Of a DNA stretch of 64,000 nt, positions 21,710-32,465 are shown in pieces. Source of the stretch: an uncultured Planctomycetota bacterium (GTDB lineage: Bacteria > Planctomycetota > PLA2 > JAEUHO01); NCBI GenBank assembly GCA_963752285.1, contig CAVVXN010000005.1, positions 704,001-768,000 of the forward strand. The letters run 5' to 3'. The translations under genes and the position numbers were made by a program. Position 1 is the first letter of the stretch; each line of letters opens with the position of its first letter. The notes under the pieces were generated by a model. It saw only the letters and a list, made by a program, of their open reading frames with translations, was not told where the DNA came from and ran no database searches.

Positions 21710-22755
21710 AGCGGGAGCGCCCCCTCCCGGTCCACGCCGACCTCGGGCCCGAGAAGTGCGTGCCCCCGGGGCGTCAGCCGACGGCCCTGCGGGGTCTTCA
21801 CGAGCAGGCCCTCCCGAAGCAGGTGCGGCTCGTAGACGTCCTCGAGCGTGCGTTCCTCCTCGCCGACCGAGGCGGCGAGCGTCTTCAGTCCCATCGGGAT
21901 GCCGCCCGCGCGCCCGATGCTCGACAGGATCAGGCGGTCCACGCGGGTGAGGCCGTTCACGTCCACGCCCATCCGGCCCAGGCCCTCCTCGGCCAGGGCG
22001 AGCGTGACGCGGCCCTCGCCCTCGACCTCCGCCAGGTCACGCACCCGCCGCAGGAAGCGGTTCACGATGCGCGGCGTGCCGCGGGCGCGCGAGGCGAGGA
22101 GACGACCCGCGTCGGCATCGAGCCGAATGTCGAGAAGCCGCGCGGACCGCACGACGATCCGCGCGAGGTCGTCGTTCGCGTACGGCTCGAGTCGCTCGTG
22201 GATGCCGAACCGCGCGCGGAAGGGCGCTGAGAGGAGGCCCTCGCGCGTCGTCGCGCCGACGAGCGTGAAGCGGGGGAGGGGCACGGGGACGCTCTTCGCG
22301 GCGTTGCCCTGGCCGATGAGGATGTCGAGGACGAAGTCCTCCATCGCCCCGTACATGTATTCTTCGACGCCGCCCGGAAGTCGATGGATCTCGTCGATGA
22401 AGAGGACGTCGCCGCGCTCGAGGCGCGTCAGGAGGCCGGCGATGTCGGCCGCCCGCTGCAGCGCCGGCGCCGGGGCCTCGAAGAGGACCCCGCCGCTCTC
22501 GCTCGCGATCAGGTGGGCGAGGGTCGTCTTGCCGAGGCCCGGGAGCCCCGAGAGGAGGACGTGGTCCACGGGCTCCCGACGGCCCGTGGCGGCGCGGATC
22601 GCGAGCCTCAGGTTCGCGACGACGCCCGGTTGCCCGACGAACTCGTCGAGCGTCCGGGGACGAAGCGACCCCTCGAAGGCGCGGTCCTCCCCGAGCGCGT
22701 CGCCGTAGGCCGGCGGCGCGACCACCTCCCGCACCCGAGGACGCTCGCTGCCCAT
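21706..22755 (-). CDS. ruvB: Holliday junction branch migration helicase RuvB
   Basis: LRPRTLDEFVGQ, GLPGLGKTT, FIDEIHRL, GATTR, RGTPR, EDVYEP. Confidence 0.97.
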   Translation of the reverse strand: MGSERPRVREVVAPPAYGDALGEDRAFEGSLRPRTLDEFVGQPGVVANLRLAIRAATGRREPVDHVLLSGLPGLGKTTLAHLIASESGGVLFEAPAPALQRAADIAGLLTRLERGDVLFIDEIHRLPGGVEEYMYGAMEDFVLDILIGQGNAAKSVPVPLPRFTLVGATTREGLLSAPFRARFGIHERLEPYANDDLARIVVRSARLLDIRLDADAGRLLASRARGTPRIVNRFLRRVRDLAEVEGEGRVTLALAEEGLGRMGVDVNGLTRVDRLILSSIGRAGGIPMGLKTLAASVGEEERTLEDVYEPHLLREGLLVKTPQGRRLTPRGHALLGPEVGVDREGALPL

Positions 22756-22761
22756 GGGAGG

Positions 22762-22783
22762 AGGGTAGCCCGACCTCCCGACG
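22762..22783 (-). promoter_or_regulatory. Candidate PafBC/RecA-NDp-type promoter of ruvB (CGTCGG-N10-TACCCT)
   Basis: Minus strand reads CGTCGG gaggtcgggc TACCCT cctccc ATG. Confidence 0.6.
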
Positions 22784-22938
22784 GACGCAACGGGATGGGG
22801 GAGAACCGAGGTTCGTCCCCCAGGGGACGAGGTCCGTGGACCGCGCGACGCACGTCCGGACCCCGACGCCCCGCCGGGGTCCGGAATCGCCTCGGTGCGA
22901 TGCCCGCGCCCGGCCGGCCCCGCGTACCCTCCCGAGCG

Positions 22939-23697
22939 GTGACCGAGCGCGTCCTCCCCCCGCCCCGCCGCTTCGCGGACGAGCGCCGGCGGAAGGCCCC
23001 GACGCGGATCGCGCGGATGTTCGACGCGATCGCCCCGACGTACGACCTCCTGAACCACGTGCTCTCGGCCAACGTGGACGCGCGCTGGCGGCGCCGCGTG
23101 GTCGCCCTTCTCGAGCTCCGCGGGACGGAGCGCGCGCTCGACGTCTGTACCGGAACCGGGGACCTGGCGCTCGCGCTCCTCGAAGGCGGCGCGCGCGAGG
23201 TCGAAGGCTGCGATCTCGCCGAGGCGATGCTCGATCGGGCGGAGGAGAAGGCGAAGGGCCGCGTCCGCTTCCGCGTGGGCGACGCGGAGCGCCTTCCGTA
23301 CCCCGACGCCGCGTTCGACGTCGTCACGATCGGGTTCGGCGCGCGGAACCTCCAGCACCTGGACACGGGGCTTCGCGAGATGTGCCGGGTCCTCGCGCCG
23401 GGCGGACGGCTCGCGATCCTCGAGTTCTCGCGGCCGCCGAACCTGCTCGTGCGCTCCGTCTACGAGACCTACTCGACGATCGTGCTGCCGCTCGTCGGGA
23501 ACCTGGTGAGCGGCGGCTCCGACAACGCGTACACGTACCTGCCGCGCTCGGTCCAGGCGTTCCCGACGACGGGCGAGCTCGCGAACCGCCTCTGCGCCGC
23601 CGGCTTCGCCCAGGTGGGCGTGACGCTGCTGACGCTGGGCATCGCCGCGATCCACCTCGCGTCGAAGGCCGCCGGCTCCGACGCCGAGCGCGCCTGA
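22939..23697 (+). CDS. ubiE: Ubiquinone/menaquinone biosynthesis C-methyltransferase UbiE/MenG
   Basis: MFDAIAPTYDLLNHVLS, LDVCTGTGD, GDAERLPY, RVLAPGG, LEFS, AYTYLPRS. Confidence 0.93.
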   Translation: MTERVLPPPRRFADERRRKAPTRIARMFDAIAPTYDLLNHVLSANVDARWRRRVVALLELRGTERALDVCTGTGDLALALLEGGAREVEGCDLAEAMLDRAEEKAKGRVRFRVGDAERLPYPDAAFDVVTIGFGARNLQHLDTGLREMCRVLAPGGRLAILEFSRPPNLLVRSVYETYSTIVLPLVGNLVSGGSDNAYTYLPRSVQAFPTTGELANRLCAAGFAQVGVTLLTLGIAAIHLASKAAGSDAERA

Positions 23698-23701
23698 GGC
23701 G

Positions 23702-23908
23702 TCACGGCCGGACGAACGCCCGGCCGAGCCCGGCGACGAGCACGTGGTCCGCCCCGGGGATGGCGACGAGGGCGATCCCCAAGACGCGATCGCTCCGTCG
23801 CGCACGCAGGACCCCCAGGGCGCGAATGGGCCCCGACGAGGTCCAAGATGGCGCAGGTCGAGGACGGGGTCGGGCGAAACGCTCGACGACCGTGCCCGGG
23901 AACATCAT
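23702..23908 (-). CDS. Small hypothetical protein coupled to the GntR gene
   Basis: ATG overlaps the GntR stop; hydrophobic C-terminus; no recognisable motif. Confidence 0.35.
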   Translation of the reverse strand: MMFPGTVVERFARPRPRPAPSWTSSGPIRALGVLRARRSDRVLGIALVAIPGADHVLVAGLGRAFVRP

Positions 23909-24306
23909 CGCCGCTCCTCCGCGTGGGATCGGGCGTGCCAGACCGTCGCGAGGCGTCGCGCGGTCTCGGCCTCGTCGAGGCCCAGCGCGCGGGCCTGGCG
24001 CACGACCGCGCCGAGCCGCGCGTCGAGGTCGGCGGTGGCCTCCTCGTTCGGCGCCGCGCGCGTGGCCACGAAGGTGCCGCGGCCGCGCCGCGTGCGGATC
24101 CAGCCCTCGCGGTCGAGCACGTCGTACGCGCGCTTCACGGTGAGCGGCGCGACGTGGAGGTCGCGCGCCAGCTCGCGATGCGACGGGAGGCGATCGTCCG
24201 GTCCGAGGACCCCCGCGGCGAGCGCGCCCTTCACCTGCTCGACCAGCTGGCGGTAGATCGGGAGCGGGTCGCCGGGAGCGACCGAGAACAGAGTGCGAGC
24301 CGCCAT
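23905..24306 (-). CDS. GntR-family (YtrA-like) transcriptional regulator
   Basis: PIYRQLVEQV...LPSHRELARDL...TVKRAYDVL...RGRGTFV; short C-terminal domain. Confidence 0.92.
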   Translation of the reverse strand: MAARTLFSVAPGDPLPIYRQLVEQVKGALAAGVLGPDDRLPSHRELARDLHVAPLTVKRAYDVLDREGWIRTRRGRGTFVATRAAPNEEATADLDARLGAVVRQARALGLDEAETARRLATVWHARSHAEERR

Positions 24307-24309
24307 AGA

Positions 24310-24327
24310 GATATACATATATATATC
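24310..24327. promoter_or_regulatory. AT-rich palindrome, putative GntR autoregulatory operator
   Basis: GATATACATATATATATC is self-complementary at 16/18 positions and lies 3 nt upstream of the GntR ATG. Confidence 0.65.
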
Positions 24328-24446
24328 ACAGGAGTTGGCGGTGCGGGGGGGCGCGGTCTCCCGCCGACCGGGGCGCGCCGCCCCGGCCCGTGCGGGGTCG
24401 GCGCCGGCTGAAGGGCGGGACCCGGCGTGCCGACTCCTCAGCGCAG

Positions 24447-25184
24447 ATGGCACGTCGCAAGCGGCCGCCGCCGGTGGACTACCTCTCGCGCACCCGCGAG
24501 CTGCCCGTGAACGTGCTCTTCCTGATGCCCTGGCTCGTCGTCTACGAGCTCAGCCTGCTCGCCACGAACAGCCCCGTCGAGAACGCCGCCGGGGCGTGGT
24601 TCCGTACGCTCGCCGGGACGCTCGGGCGGGAGGGGCTCGCCGCGGTCGGGATCCTCGTCTCCGCGCTCCTGCTCGCGCTCGTGACGCTGCGCGCCCACCA
24701 GGCGCCGCGCGACCGGGGGGTGTACGGCGGGATGCTGCTCGAGGGACTCGCGTACGGCGGTTCGCTCGGTCTCGTCGCCGGCGTGCTCGCGGCGCACCTG
24801 CCCCTCGGCCGGATGGTGCCGCTCTCCGGGTTCTCGACCGCCGGCCTCGGTCCCACCGTCGAGAGGCTCGGCCTCGCCGCCGGCGCCGGGGTCTTCGAGG
24901 AGATCCTCTTCCGCGGCCTCGTGCTCGCGGGTTCGTTCGCGCTCCTCCGCCACGTCTTCGGCGCCGACCGTTGGACCGCGGGCCTCGTCGCGATCGTGGG
25001 GTCCGCCTGGCTCTTCTCGGCGTGGCACCACTGGGGGCCGGGCGCGGAGCCGTGGTCCGAGCCCGTCTTCCGGTTCCGCTTCGCCGCCGGCGCGGTGCTC
25101 GGCACGATCTTCCTGACGCGCGGCCTGGGGATCGCCGCGTTCGCGCATGGGTTCTACGACGCGATCGTCATGCTGTCCCGGTAG
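24447..25184 (+). CDS. CPBP/Abi (CAAX-type) intramembrane glutamic endopeptidase
   Basis: AGVFEEILFRG, FSAWHH, AHGFYD motifs; multiple TM helices. Confidence 0.88.
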   Translation: MARRKRPPPVDYLSRTRELPVNVLFLMPWLVVYELSLLATNSPVENAAGAWFRTLAGTLGREGLAAVGILVSALLLALVTLRAHQAPRDRGVYGGMLLEGLAYGGSLGLVAGVLAAHLPLGRMVPLSGFSTAGLGPTVERLGLAAGAGVFEEILFRGLVLAGSFALLRHVFGADRWTAGLVAIVGSAWLFSAWHHWGPGAEPWSEPVFRFRFAAGAVLGTIFLTRGLGIAAFAHGFYDAIVMLSR

Positions 25185-25508
25185 CGGAGCCGAAGAGGGG
25201 CCCGGGGTCGAGCTCGAACCCGCCGAGCGCCGTCGAGCGAAGGGACGAGTCGTTTCTCGCGCGTGCGACGGATCCCCGACGGCGGACCTCGATCGTGCGC
25301 GCCTCCGGGTCCAGGAGCCAGACCTCGGCCCCGCCGGCCTCGAGGTGGTGTCGCGTCTCGACGTGGCGGTCGCGCGCGGCCGTCGGGGGGGAGAGAACCT
25401 CGACGACGAGGAGGGGGATGCCGACCTCCGGGGCGTCGAGGGGGAGCGGACGCGCGAGGACGACGATGTCGGACTGGAGGACGTTGAGCTCGTCGAGAGC
25501 CACGTCGT
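25168..25508 (-). pseudogene. Uma2/DUF820 endonuclease, C-terminal remnant
   Basis: DVALDELNVLQSDIVV...PLLVVEVLSP...RDRHV...EAGGAEVWLLDPEARTIEV...GFELD; N-terminus missing. Confidence 0.7.
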
Positions 25509-26103
25509 GGGCCGCGGCATCGCCCTCCCGCTCGCGTCCTCGGACGACGTCCCACCGGGCCAGCGGGTGGAGGTGCTCGGGTACCCGGCCGTCGGGTTCG
25601 ACGACGCGACGATGCGTCCGGAGGCGGCGTACCGCGTGCGCGCAAAGGACCGGCAGGTCGCGGGCCAGAGGCCGATGCGCGGCGACGGGGCCGCGATCGA
25701 GATGACCGCCGACATCCACCACGGCGACAGCGGCGGTCCGGTCCTCCACGACCCGCGGTACGTGATCGGCCTGAACGTCGCGGGCCCGGAGGGCGCGGCG
25801 AGCGCCGCCCTGGCGGTCCCCCTGCGCCTCGCCCGCGCCCGGCTCGAGCAGCTGGGCGTTCGTCCGGACCCGGGTCCGCGCACGGAGCCGTGGATCGAGG
25901 CCCTCGCCGACTACCACGCGGGGCGGTACGCCGAGGCGGAGCGTCGCGTCGATGGGATCGGCCAGATCCAGGTCGGTGCGCGCGGGACCGACGGCAGGGC
26001 GCCGATCGTCGGCTCCGTCGCGTGGGCGTTCGCGAGCCACGTGAGCCCGTACGTGCGCGACCTCTCGGGTCTGGTCTACGCGAGTACGCACCCGCAGCGC
26101 TGA
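25509..26103 (+). pseudogene. Trypsin-like serine protease, C-terminal remnant
   Basis: LPLASSDDV...VLGYP...IHHGDSGGPVL; the N-terminal half with catalytic His/Asp and a start are missing. Confidence 0.7.
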
Positions 26104-26119
26104 ACGCCTCGGCGGGACC

Positions 26120-26998
26120 TCAGCGGAGGAGCACCGCCGCGATGCCGGCGCCGCTCAGCACGACGGACACCACCCCGTTCAGCGTGAAGAAGGCCGTGTT
26201 GACGCGCGTGAGGTCGTCGGGACGCACGAGCGCGTGTTCGACCGCGAGCAGGAGCGCCACGACCGCGACCGCCGCGCCGTAGACCCAGCCGAGACCGGCG
26301 AGGAACGCGAGGCCCACGAACGCCGCGAGACAGACGGCGTGCAGCGCCGCGGCGACGCGGAGCGCGGCATGGGTCCCGAGGCGCGCCGGGAGCGAGCGGA
26401 GCCCGAGGCGGCGGTCCACGACCTCGTCCTGCGCGGCGTAGATCACGTCGAAGCCCGCCACCCACGCGAGCACGCCGAGAGAGAGGACCAGCGGGACGGC
26501 GAGGTCCCGGTCGAGGCGGCCGGTCGCGGCGATCCACGCGCCGAGCGGGGAGAGGCCGAGCGCGAGGCCCACGCCCAGGTGCGCGAGGGACGTGAAGCGT
26601 TTGAGGAACGAATAGCCGAAGAGCACGAGCAGGACGAGCGGGGAGAGCGCGAGGGGCAGGGGGCCGAGCGCGAAGGCCGCGAGGAGGAAGACCGCGGTCG
26701 AGGCGACCGTGAAGACCCATGCGAAGCGGACCGAGATCGAGCCGACCACGAGGTGGCGGCGCGCGGTGCGCGGGTTCTCGGCGTCGAACCTTCGATCGGC
26801 GATGCGGTTCACCGTCATCGCCGCGCTGCGTGCCGCGACCATCGCGACCACGACCCATGCGAGCACGCGCGGCGCGGGCCAGCCGCCCGAGGCGAGGAAG
26901 AGCGCGAAGAGCGCGAACGGCAGCGCGAAGACGCTGTGGTGGAACCGGATCATCTGCAGCGTGCGGCGGAGCGAGGAGGCGATGCCGGAGGTGCTCAC
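26120..26998 (-). CDS. ubiA: UbiA-family prenyltransferase (MqnP-like)
   Basis: HSVFALPFA, ARSAAMTVNRIADRRFDAENPRT, YSFLKRF, GFDVIYAAQD, AFFTLNG. Confidence 0.9.
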   Translation of the reverse strand: MSTSGIASSLRRTLQMIRFHHSVFALPFALFALFLASGGWPAPRVLAWVVVAMVAARSAAMTVNRIADRRFDAENPRTARRHLVVGSISVRFAWVFTVASTAVFLLAAFALGPLPLALSPLVLLVLFGYSFLKRFTSLAHLGVGLALGLSPLGAWIAATGRLDRDLAVPLVLSLGVLAWVAGFDVIYAAQDEVVDRRLGLRSLPARLGTHAALRVAAALHAVCLAAFVGLAFLAGLGWVYGAAVAVVALLLAVEHALVRPDDLTRVNTAFFTLNGVVSVVLSGAGIAAVLLR

Positions 26999-27609
26999 GG
27001 AGCGCTCTCCGCGCCGGCCTCGGGCGTTCCCCAGCGGCGGATCAGGTCGGCGTCTACGCCGATCCGGTCGAGGACCTTCTGCACGACGAAGTCCACGAGG
27101 TCGTCGATCGTCTTCGGGCGGTGGTACCAGGCGGGCGCCGCGGGGAGGATCGTGGCGCCCGCGCGCGAGAGGCGGAGCATCGCTTCGAGGACGATGGGGG
27201 AGAGCGGGGTCTCCCGGGGCACGAGCACGAGGGGCCGGGCCTCCTTCAGGGCGACCTCGCACATCCGCTCGAGGAGGTTCGTGGACGCGCCGGAGGCGAC
27301 CCGGCCGAGGAGTCCCGTGCTCGCCGGGCAGACGACGTACGCGTCCACGCGAAACGAGCCCGAGGCGACGTCGGCGGCGACGTCGTCCGGACGGCGGTAT
27401 GCGAGGGACGAGGCGACGTCCGCGCCGAAGAACGCGGAGAGGTCGGGTGCGAAGGGGTCGCAGGCGATCCCCAGCTCGGCCGGCGCGAGCTTCGCGAGGG
27501 TCGGGCTCATCGTGACGAGCGTCTCGCAACCGGCCTCGACGAGGCGCCGGACGAGGCGCTGCCCGTAGACGGTGCCGGAGGCGCCGGAGATGCCGACGGC
27601 GACGCGCAA
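26995..27609 (-). CDS. ubiX: Flavin prenyltransferase UbiX
   Basis: GISGASG, ASGSF, LKEARPLVLVPRETP, PAWYHRP. Confidence 0.93.
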   Translation of the reverse strand: MRVAVGISGASGTVYGQRLVRRLVEAGCETLVTMSPTLAKLAPAELGIACDPFAPDLSAFFGADVASSLAYRRPDDVAADVASGSFRVDAYVVCPASTGLLGRVASGASTNLLERMCEVALKEARPLVLVPRETPLSPIVLEAMLRLSRAGATILPAAPAWYHRPKTIDDLVDFVVQKVLDRIGVDADLIRRWGTPEAGAESAP

Positions 27610-27716
27610 GGGGAACCCCTGGAAAGGAGGGGCAGGATACGGGACCGCTCGGGATCCTCCCCCCGCCCGCGGGACCCGCGGTGGCGCGGTCCCTCGGGCC
27701 CGTAGACTCGCGCGCC

Positions 27717-29492
27717 ATGGCCGACGCCGCGCCCCTGGACCTGCCGGACTTCCTCGACCGGCTCCGGAGGCGGGGCCTCCTCGCCGAGATCGACGCCGAG
27801 GTCGATCCCCGGCTCGAGGCCCCCGAGGTCCACCGGCGCGTGATCCGGGAGGGGGGACCCGCCCTCCTCTTCCGGCGGCCGAAGGGCGGGGCGTTCCCGC
27901 TCGTGATGAACCTCTTCGGCACCGAGGAGCGCGTGCACCTCGCCTTCGGCGACCGGCCGAAACGCTTCGTCGAGCGCGCGGTCGAGGCGCTCCACGTCCT
28001 CGAGCAGCCGTCCCTCGGCTCGCTCTGGCGGCTCCGGGGCCTCGCGCGCGACGCGCTGCGCATGGGGACGCGCGGCCGCCGCCGCGGTCCGGTGTCGGAG
28101 GTCGAGGAGGCGCCCGACCTGGCGAAGATCCCGGCCACGACGTCGTGGGCGACCGACGGCGGACCGTTCCTCACGCTGCCGCTCGTCGCGACGCGGCACC
28201 CCGAGACGGGGCGTCCGAACCTCGGCGTGTACCGCATGCAGGTGTTCGACGCCGAGACCACGGGCATGCACTTCCAGATCCACAAGGGCGGAGGTTTCCA
28301 CCTCCATGAGGCCGAGCGACGCGGCGAGGACCTCCCCGCCACCGTCTTCCTCGGCGGGCCGCCCGCGCTGATCCTCGCGGCCATCGCGCCGCTGCCGGAG
28401 GACGTGCCCGAGATCCTCCTCGCGAGCGTGCTCCTCGGCGCGCGCGTACCCGTCGTCGGACGTCGGACCTCGCACCCGCTCGTCGCGACGGCCGAGATCG
28501 CGCTCGTCGGTCGGGTCCTCGCGAGGGAGCGCAGGCCCGAGGGCCCGTTCGGCGACCACTACGGCTACAACAGCCTCCGCCACGACTACCCGGTGTTCCG
28601 CGTGGACCGCGTGTTCCGCCGGCGCCGTCCCGTCGTCCCGGCGACGGTCGTCGGACCGCCCCGCCAGGAGGACTTCTTCCTCGGCGACTACGTGCAGGAC
28701 CTCCTCTCACCGCTCTTCCCCCTCGCGATGCCGAGCGTGCGGGGCCTCTGGTCGTACGGCGACACCGGGTTCCACAGCCTCGCGGCCGCGCGGGTGGCCG
28801 ACCGCTACCCGCGCGAGGCGCTCGTCTCGGGCCTCCGGATCCTCGGCGAAGGGCAGCTCAGCCTCACGAAGTGCCTGTTCCTCACGGACCAGGCGGTGGA
28901 CCTCCACGACTTTCGCGCGGTGCTCCGATCGTGGCTCGAACGCGCGGACTTCGCGACGGACGTGGTCGTGCTCGGCGAGACCGCGATGGACACGCTCGAC
29001 TACACGGGACCGCGCGTGAACCGCGGGAGCAAGGCGCTGTTCCTCGGGCTGGGCGCGCCGCGGCGGCGGCTCCCCACGGAGGTGCCGTCCGAGCTCCCGG
29101 CCGGCGTGAGGGGCGCACGCGCGTTCACGCCGGGCTGCCTCGTGCTCGGCGGTCGTCCGTACGCCGAAGCCGAGGGCCAGGCCGAGAGCGTGGCGCGACA
29201 CCCCGCGTTCGCCGACTGGCCGCTCCTCGTCCTCGTGGACGACGTCGCCGCGGCGACGGCCTCGACGCCCGCGTTCCTCTGGACCGTGTTCACCCGCTTC
29301 GAGCCCGCGGGCGACCTCGCGGCGCGCGCCCGCCACCTCGACCGGTTCCACGTGGCGCTCGAGCCGCCCCTCGTCTTCGACGCGCGGATGCGGCCTTCGT
29401 ACCCGGACGTGCTCGAGGTCGATCCCGAGACGAGCGCGCTCGTGGACCGCCGCTTCGACGAGTACGGGATCGGTCGGCGGGGGGGACGCTGA
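27717..29492 (+). CDS. ubiD: UbiD-family decarboxylase (MqnL-like)
   Basis: GGPALLF, NLFGT, NLGVYRMQ, EGPFGDHYGY, PPRQED, DTLDYTG. Confidence 0.92.
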   Translation: MADAAPLDLPDFLDRLRRRGLLAEIDAEVDPRLEAPEVHRRVIREGGPALLFRRPKGGAFPLVMNLFGTEERVHLAFGDRPKRFVERAVEALHVLEQPSLGSLWRLRGLARDALRMGTRGRRRGPVSEVEEAPDLAKIPATTSWATDGGPFLTLPLVATRHPETGRPNLGVYRMQVFDAETTGMHFQIHKGGGFHLHEAERRGEDLPATVFLGGPPALILAAIAPLPEDVPEILLASVLLGARVPVVGRRTSHPLVATAEIALVGRVLARERRPEGPFGDHYGYNSLRHDYPVFRVDRVFRRRRPVVPATVVGPPRQEDFFLGDYVQDLLSPLFPLAMPSVRGLWSYGDTGFHSLAAARVADRYPREALVSGLRILGEGQLSLTKCLFLTDQAVDLHDFRAVLRSWLERADFATDVVVLGETAMDTLDYTGPRVNRGSKALFLGLGAPRRRLPTEVPSELPAGVRGARAFTPGCLVLGGRPYAEAEGQAESVARHPAFADWPLLVLVDDVAAATASTPAFLWTVFTRFEPAGDLAARARHLDRFHVALEPPLVFDARMRPSYPDVLEVDPETSALVDRRFDEYGIGRRGGR

Positions 29493-29524
29493 CGTTGGCG
29501 CGGACACCGGCCCGGGACCGCGCC

Positions 29525-30652
29525 GTGCCCGCACCCGAGCTGGAGGCCCGGCTCGAGGGCGGGGTCCCGCCGGTCGTGGTCCTCGCGGGCGCCGAGCGGT
29601 GGTTCCGCGAGCAGGGCCTCCGGTCGATCGTAGGGCGCGTGCTGCCCGAGGGCGACCCCGGCGGGGCGTTCGTGCGCGTGGACGCGCGCCTGACCCCGGA
29701 CCAGGTGGCGGGCGCCGTCGACGAGTTGCGCACGGGGTCGCTCTTCGGCGACGGCAAGGTGGTCCTCGTCGAGAACCCGGAGTGCGCCGAGCTCGGGGGA
29801 GGCACGAGCAAGGAGAGCCCGATCGCGCGCCTCGCGGCGGCCGCGCTCGCGCCGCCGCCGCCCGCTGGCGTGCTCGTGCTCTCGACGTCGAAGGGAGTGA
29901 AGGGCCGGGACGCCGTCCCGACCGCGACCGTCTCGGACGCGGGGGCGCTCGTCGTGGACTGCCGCACGCTCTACGACGCGCCGGGTCCGTGGCAGCGCGG
30001 CGCGGCGCCCCACGACCACGAGCTCGCGCGGTTTCTCTCCGGCCGGATGTCCCGCGTGCACGGGAAGCGGCTTCCCCTCCCGGAGGCGCACGCGCTGACC
30101 CGGCTCGTCGGGAGCGACCTCGGCGAGCTCGACGGCGCGCTCAACGCGCTCGCCCTCTACCTCGGCCCGCGCGCGGCCGTCGCGCTCGACGACGTGGCCG
30201 CGGCCGTGGGGGCGACGCGCACCGATCCCGCGTGGCACCTGGTGGACGCCGTCTTCGAGGGGGACGTCCGGCGCGCCCTCGACCTCCTCCTTCACGCGCG
30301 GACGCACGGGCTCGCCGACGCGCGCGGCGGTTCGATCCGCGGCGACGACGCGCTCCTCGGATACCTCGGCGCCTCGCTCCACGGTCGCTTCCGCCGCACG
30401 CTGGCCGCGGCGGAGGGGCTGGCCCGGGGCGACCCCGCGGACCAGGTCGCACGACGGCTCGGCGTGCCGGGATTCCGGCAGCAGGCGGAGCTCCAGCGCT
30501 GCCACGTCGATCCCGCGCGCCTCCTCGCCGCGCATGAGGCCTTCCTGGAGGCCGAGGCGGGCACGAAGAGCGGGCGGGTGCCGGCCAATGTCGCGCTCGA
30601 CCGCCTCGTCGTGTCGCTGGTCACCGAGCTGCCCGTCGGGGGCCGCGCGTAG
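29525..30652 (+). CDS. holA: DNA polymerase III delta subunit (alternative TTG start 29495)
   Basis: VVLAGAERWFRE, ELRTGSLFGDGKVVLVE, VGSDLGEL, WHLVDAV, terminal LDRLV. Confidence 0.75.
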   Translation: MPAPELEARLEGGVPPVVVLAGAERWFREQGLRSIVGRVLPEGDPGGAFVRVDARLTPDQVAGAVDELRTGSLFGDGKVVLVENPECAELGGGTSKESPIARLAAAALAPPPPAGVLVLSTSKGVKGRDAVPTATVSDAGALVVDCRTLYDAPGPWQRGAAPHDHELARFLSGRMSRVHGKRLPLPEAHALTRLVGSDLGELDGALNALALYLGPRAAVALDDVAAAVGATRTDPAWHLVDAVFEGDVRRALDLLLHARTHGLADARGGSIRGDDALLGYLGASLHGRFRRTLAAAEGLARGDPADQVARRLGVPGFRQQAELQRCHVDPARLLAAHEAFLEAEAGTKSGRVPANVALDRLVVSLVTELPVGGRA

Positions 30653-30655
30653 GCT
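30634..30655 (+). promoter_or_regulatory. Candidate PafBC/RecA-NDp-type promoter of mutL (CGTCGG-N10-TAGGCT)
   Basis: CGTCGG 30634-30639, TAGGCT 30650-30655, ATG 30663; same hexamer and spacing as at ruvB; TAG is also the holA stop. Confidence 0.55.
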
Positions 30656-30662
30656 GGCCCCC

Positions 30663-32453
<1,791 letters not shown>

Positions 32454-32465
32454 CGGGGTCGGCGA

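Noticed and set aside
25147..26103. Intact 318-aa serine protease
   Set aside because: The N-terminal third is the antisense of a Uma2 remnant, and the catalytic His/Asp region is absent
29468..29490. PafBC-like motif before holA (GATCGG...GACGCT)
   Set aside because: Spacing is 11 rather than 10, and both hexamers deviate from the consensus
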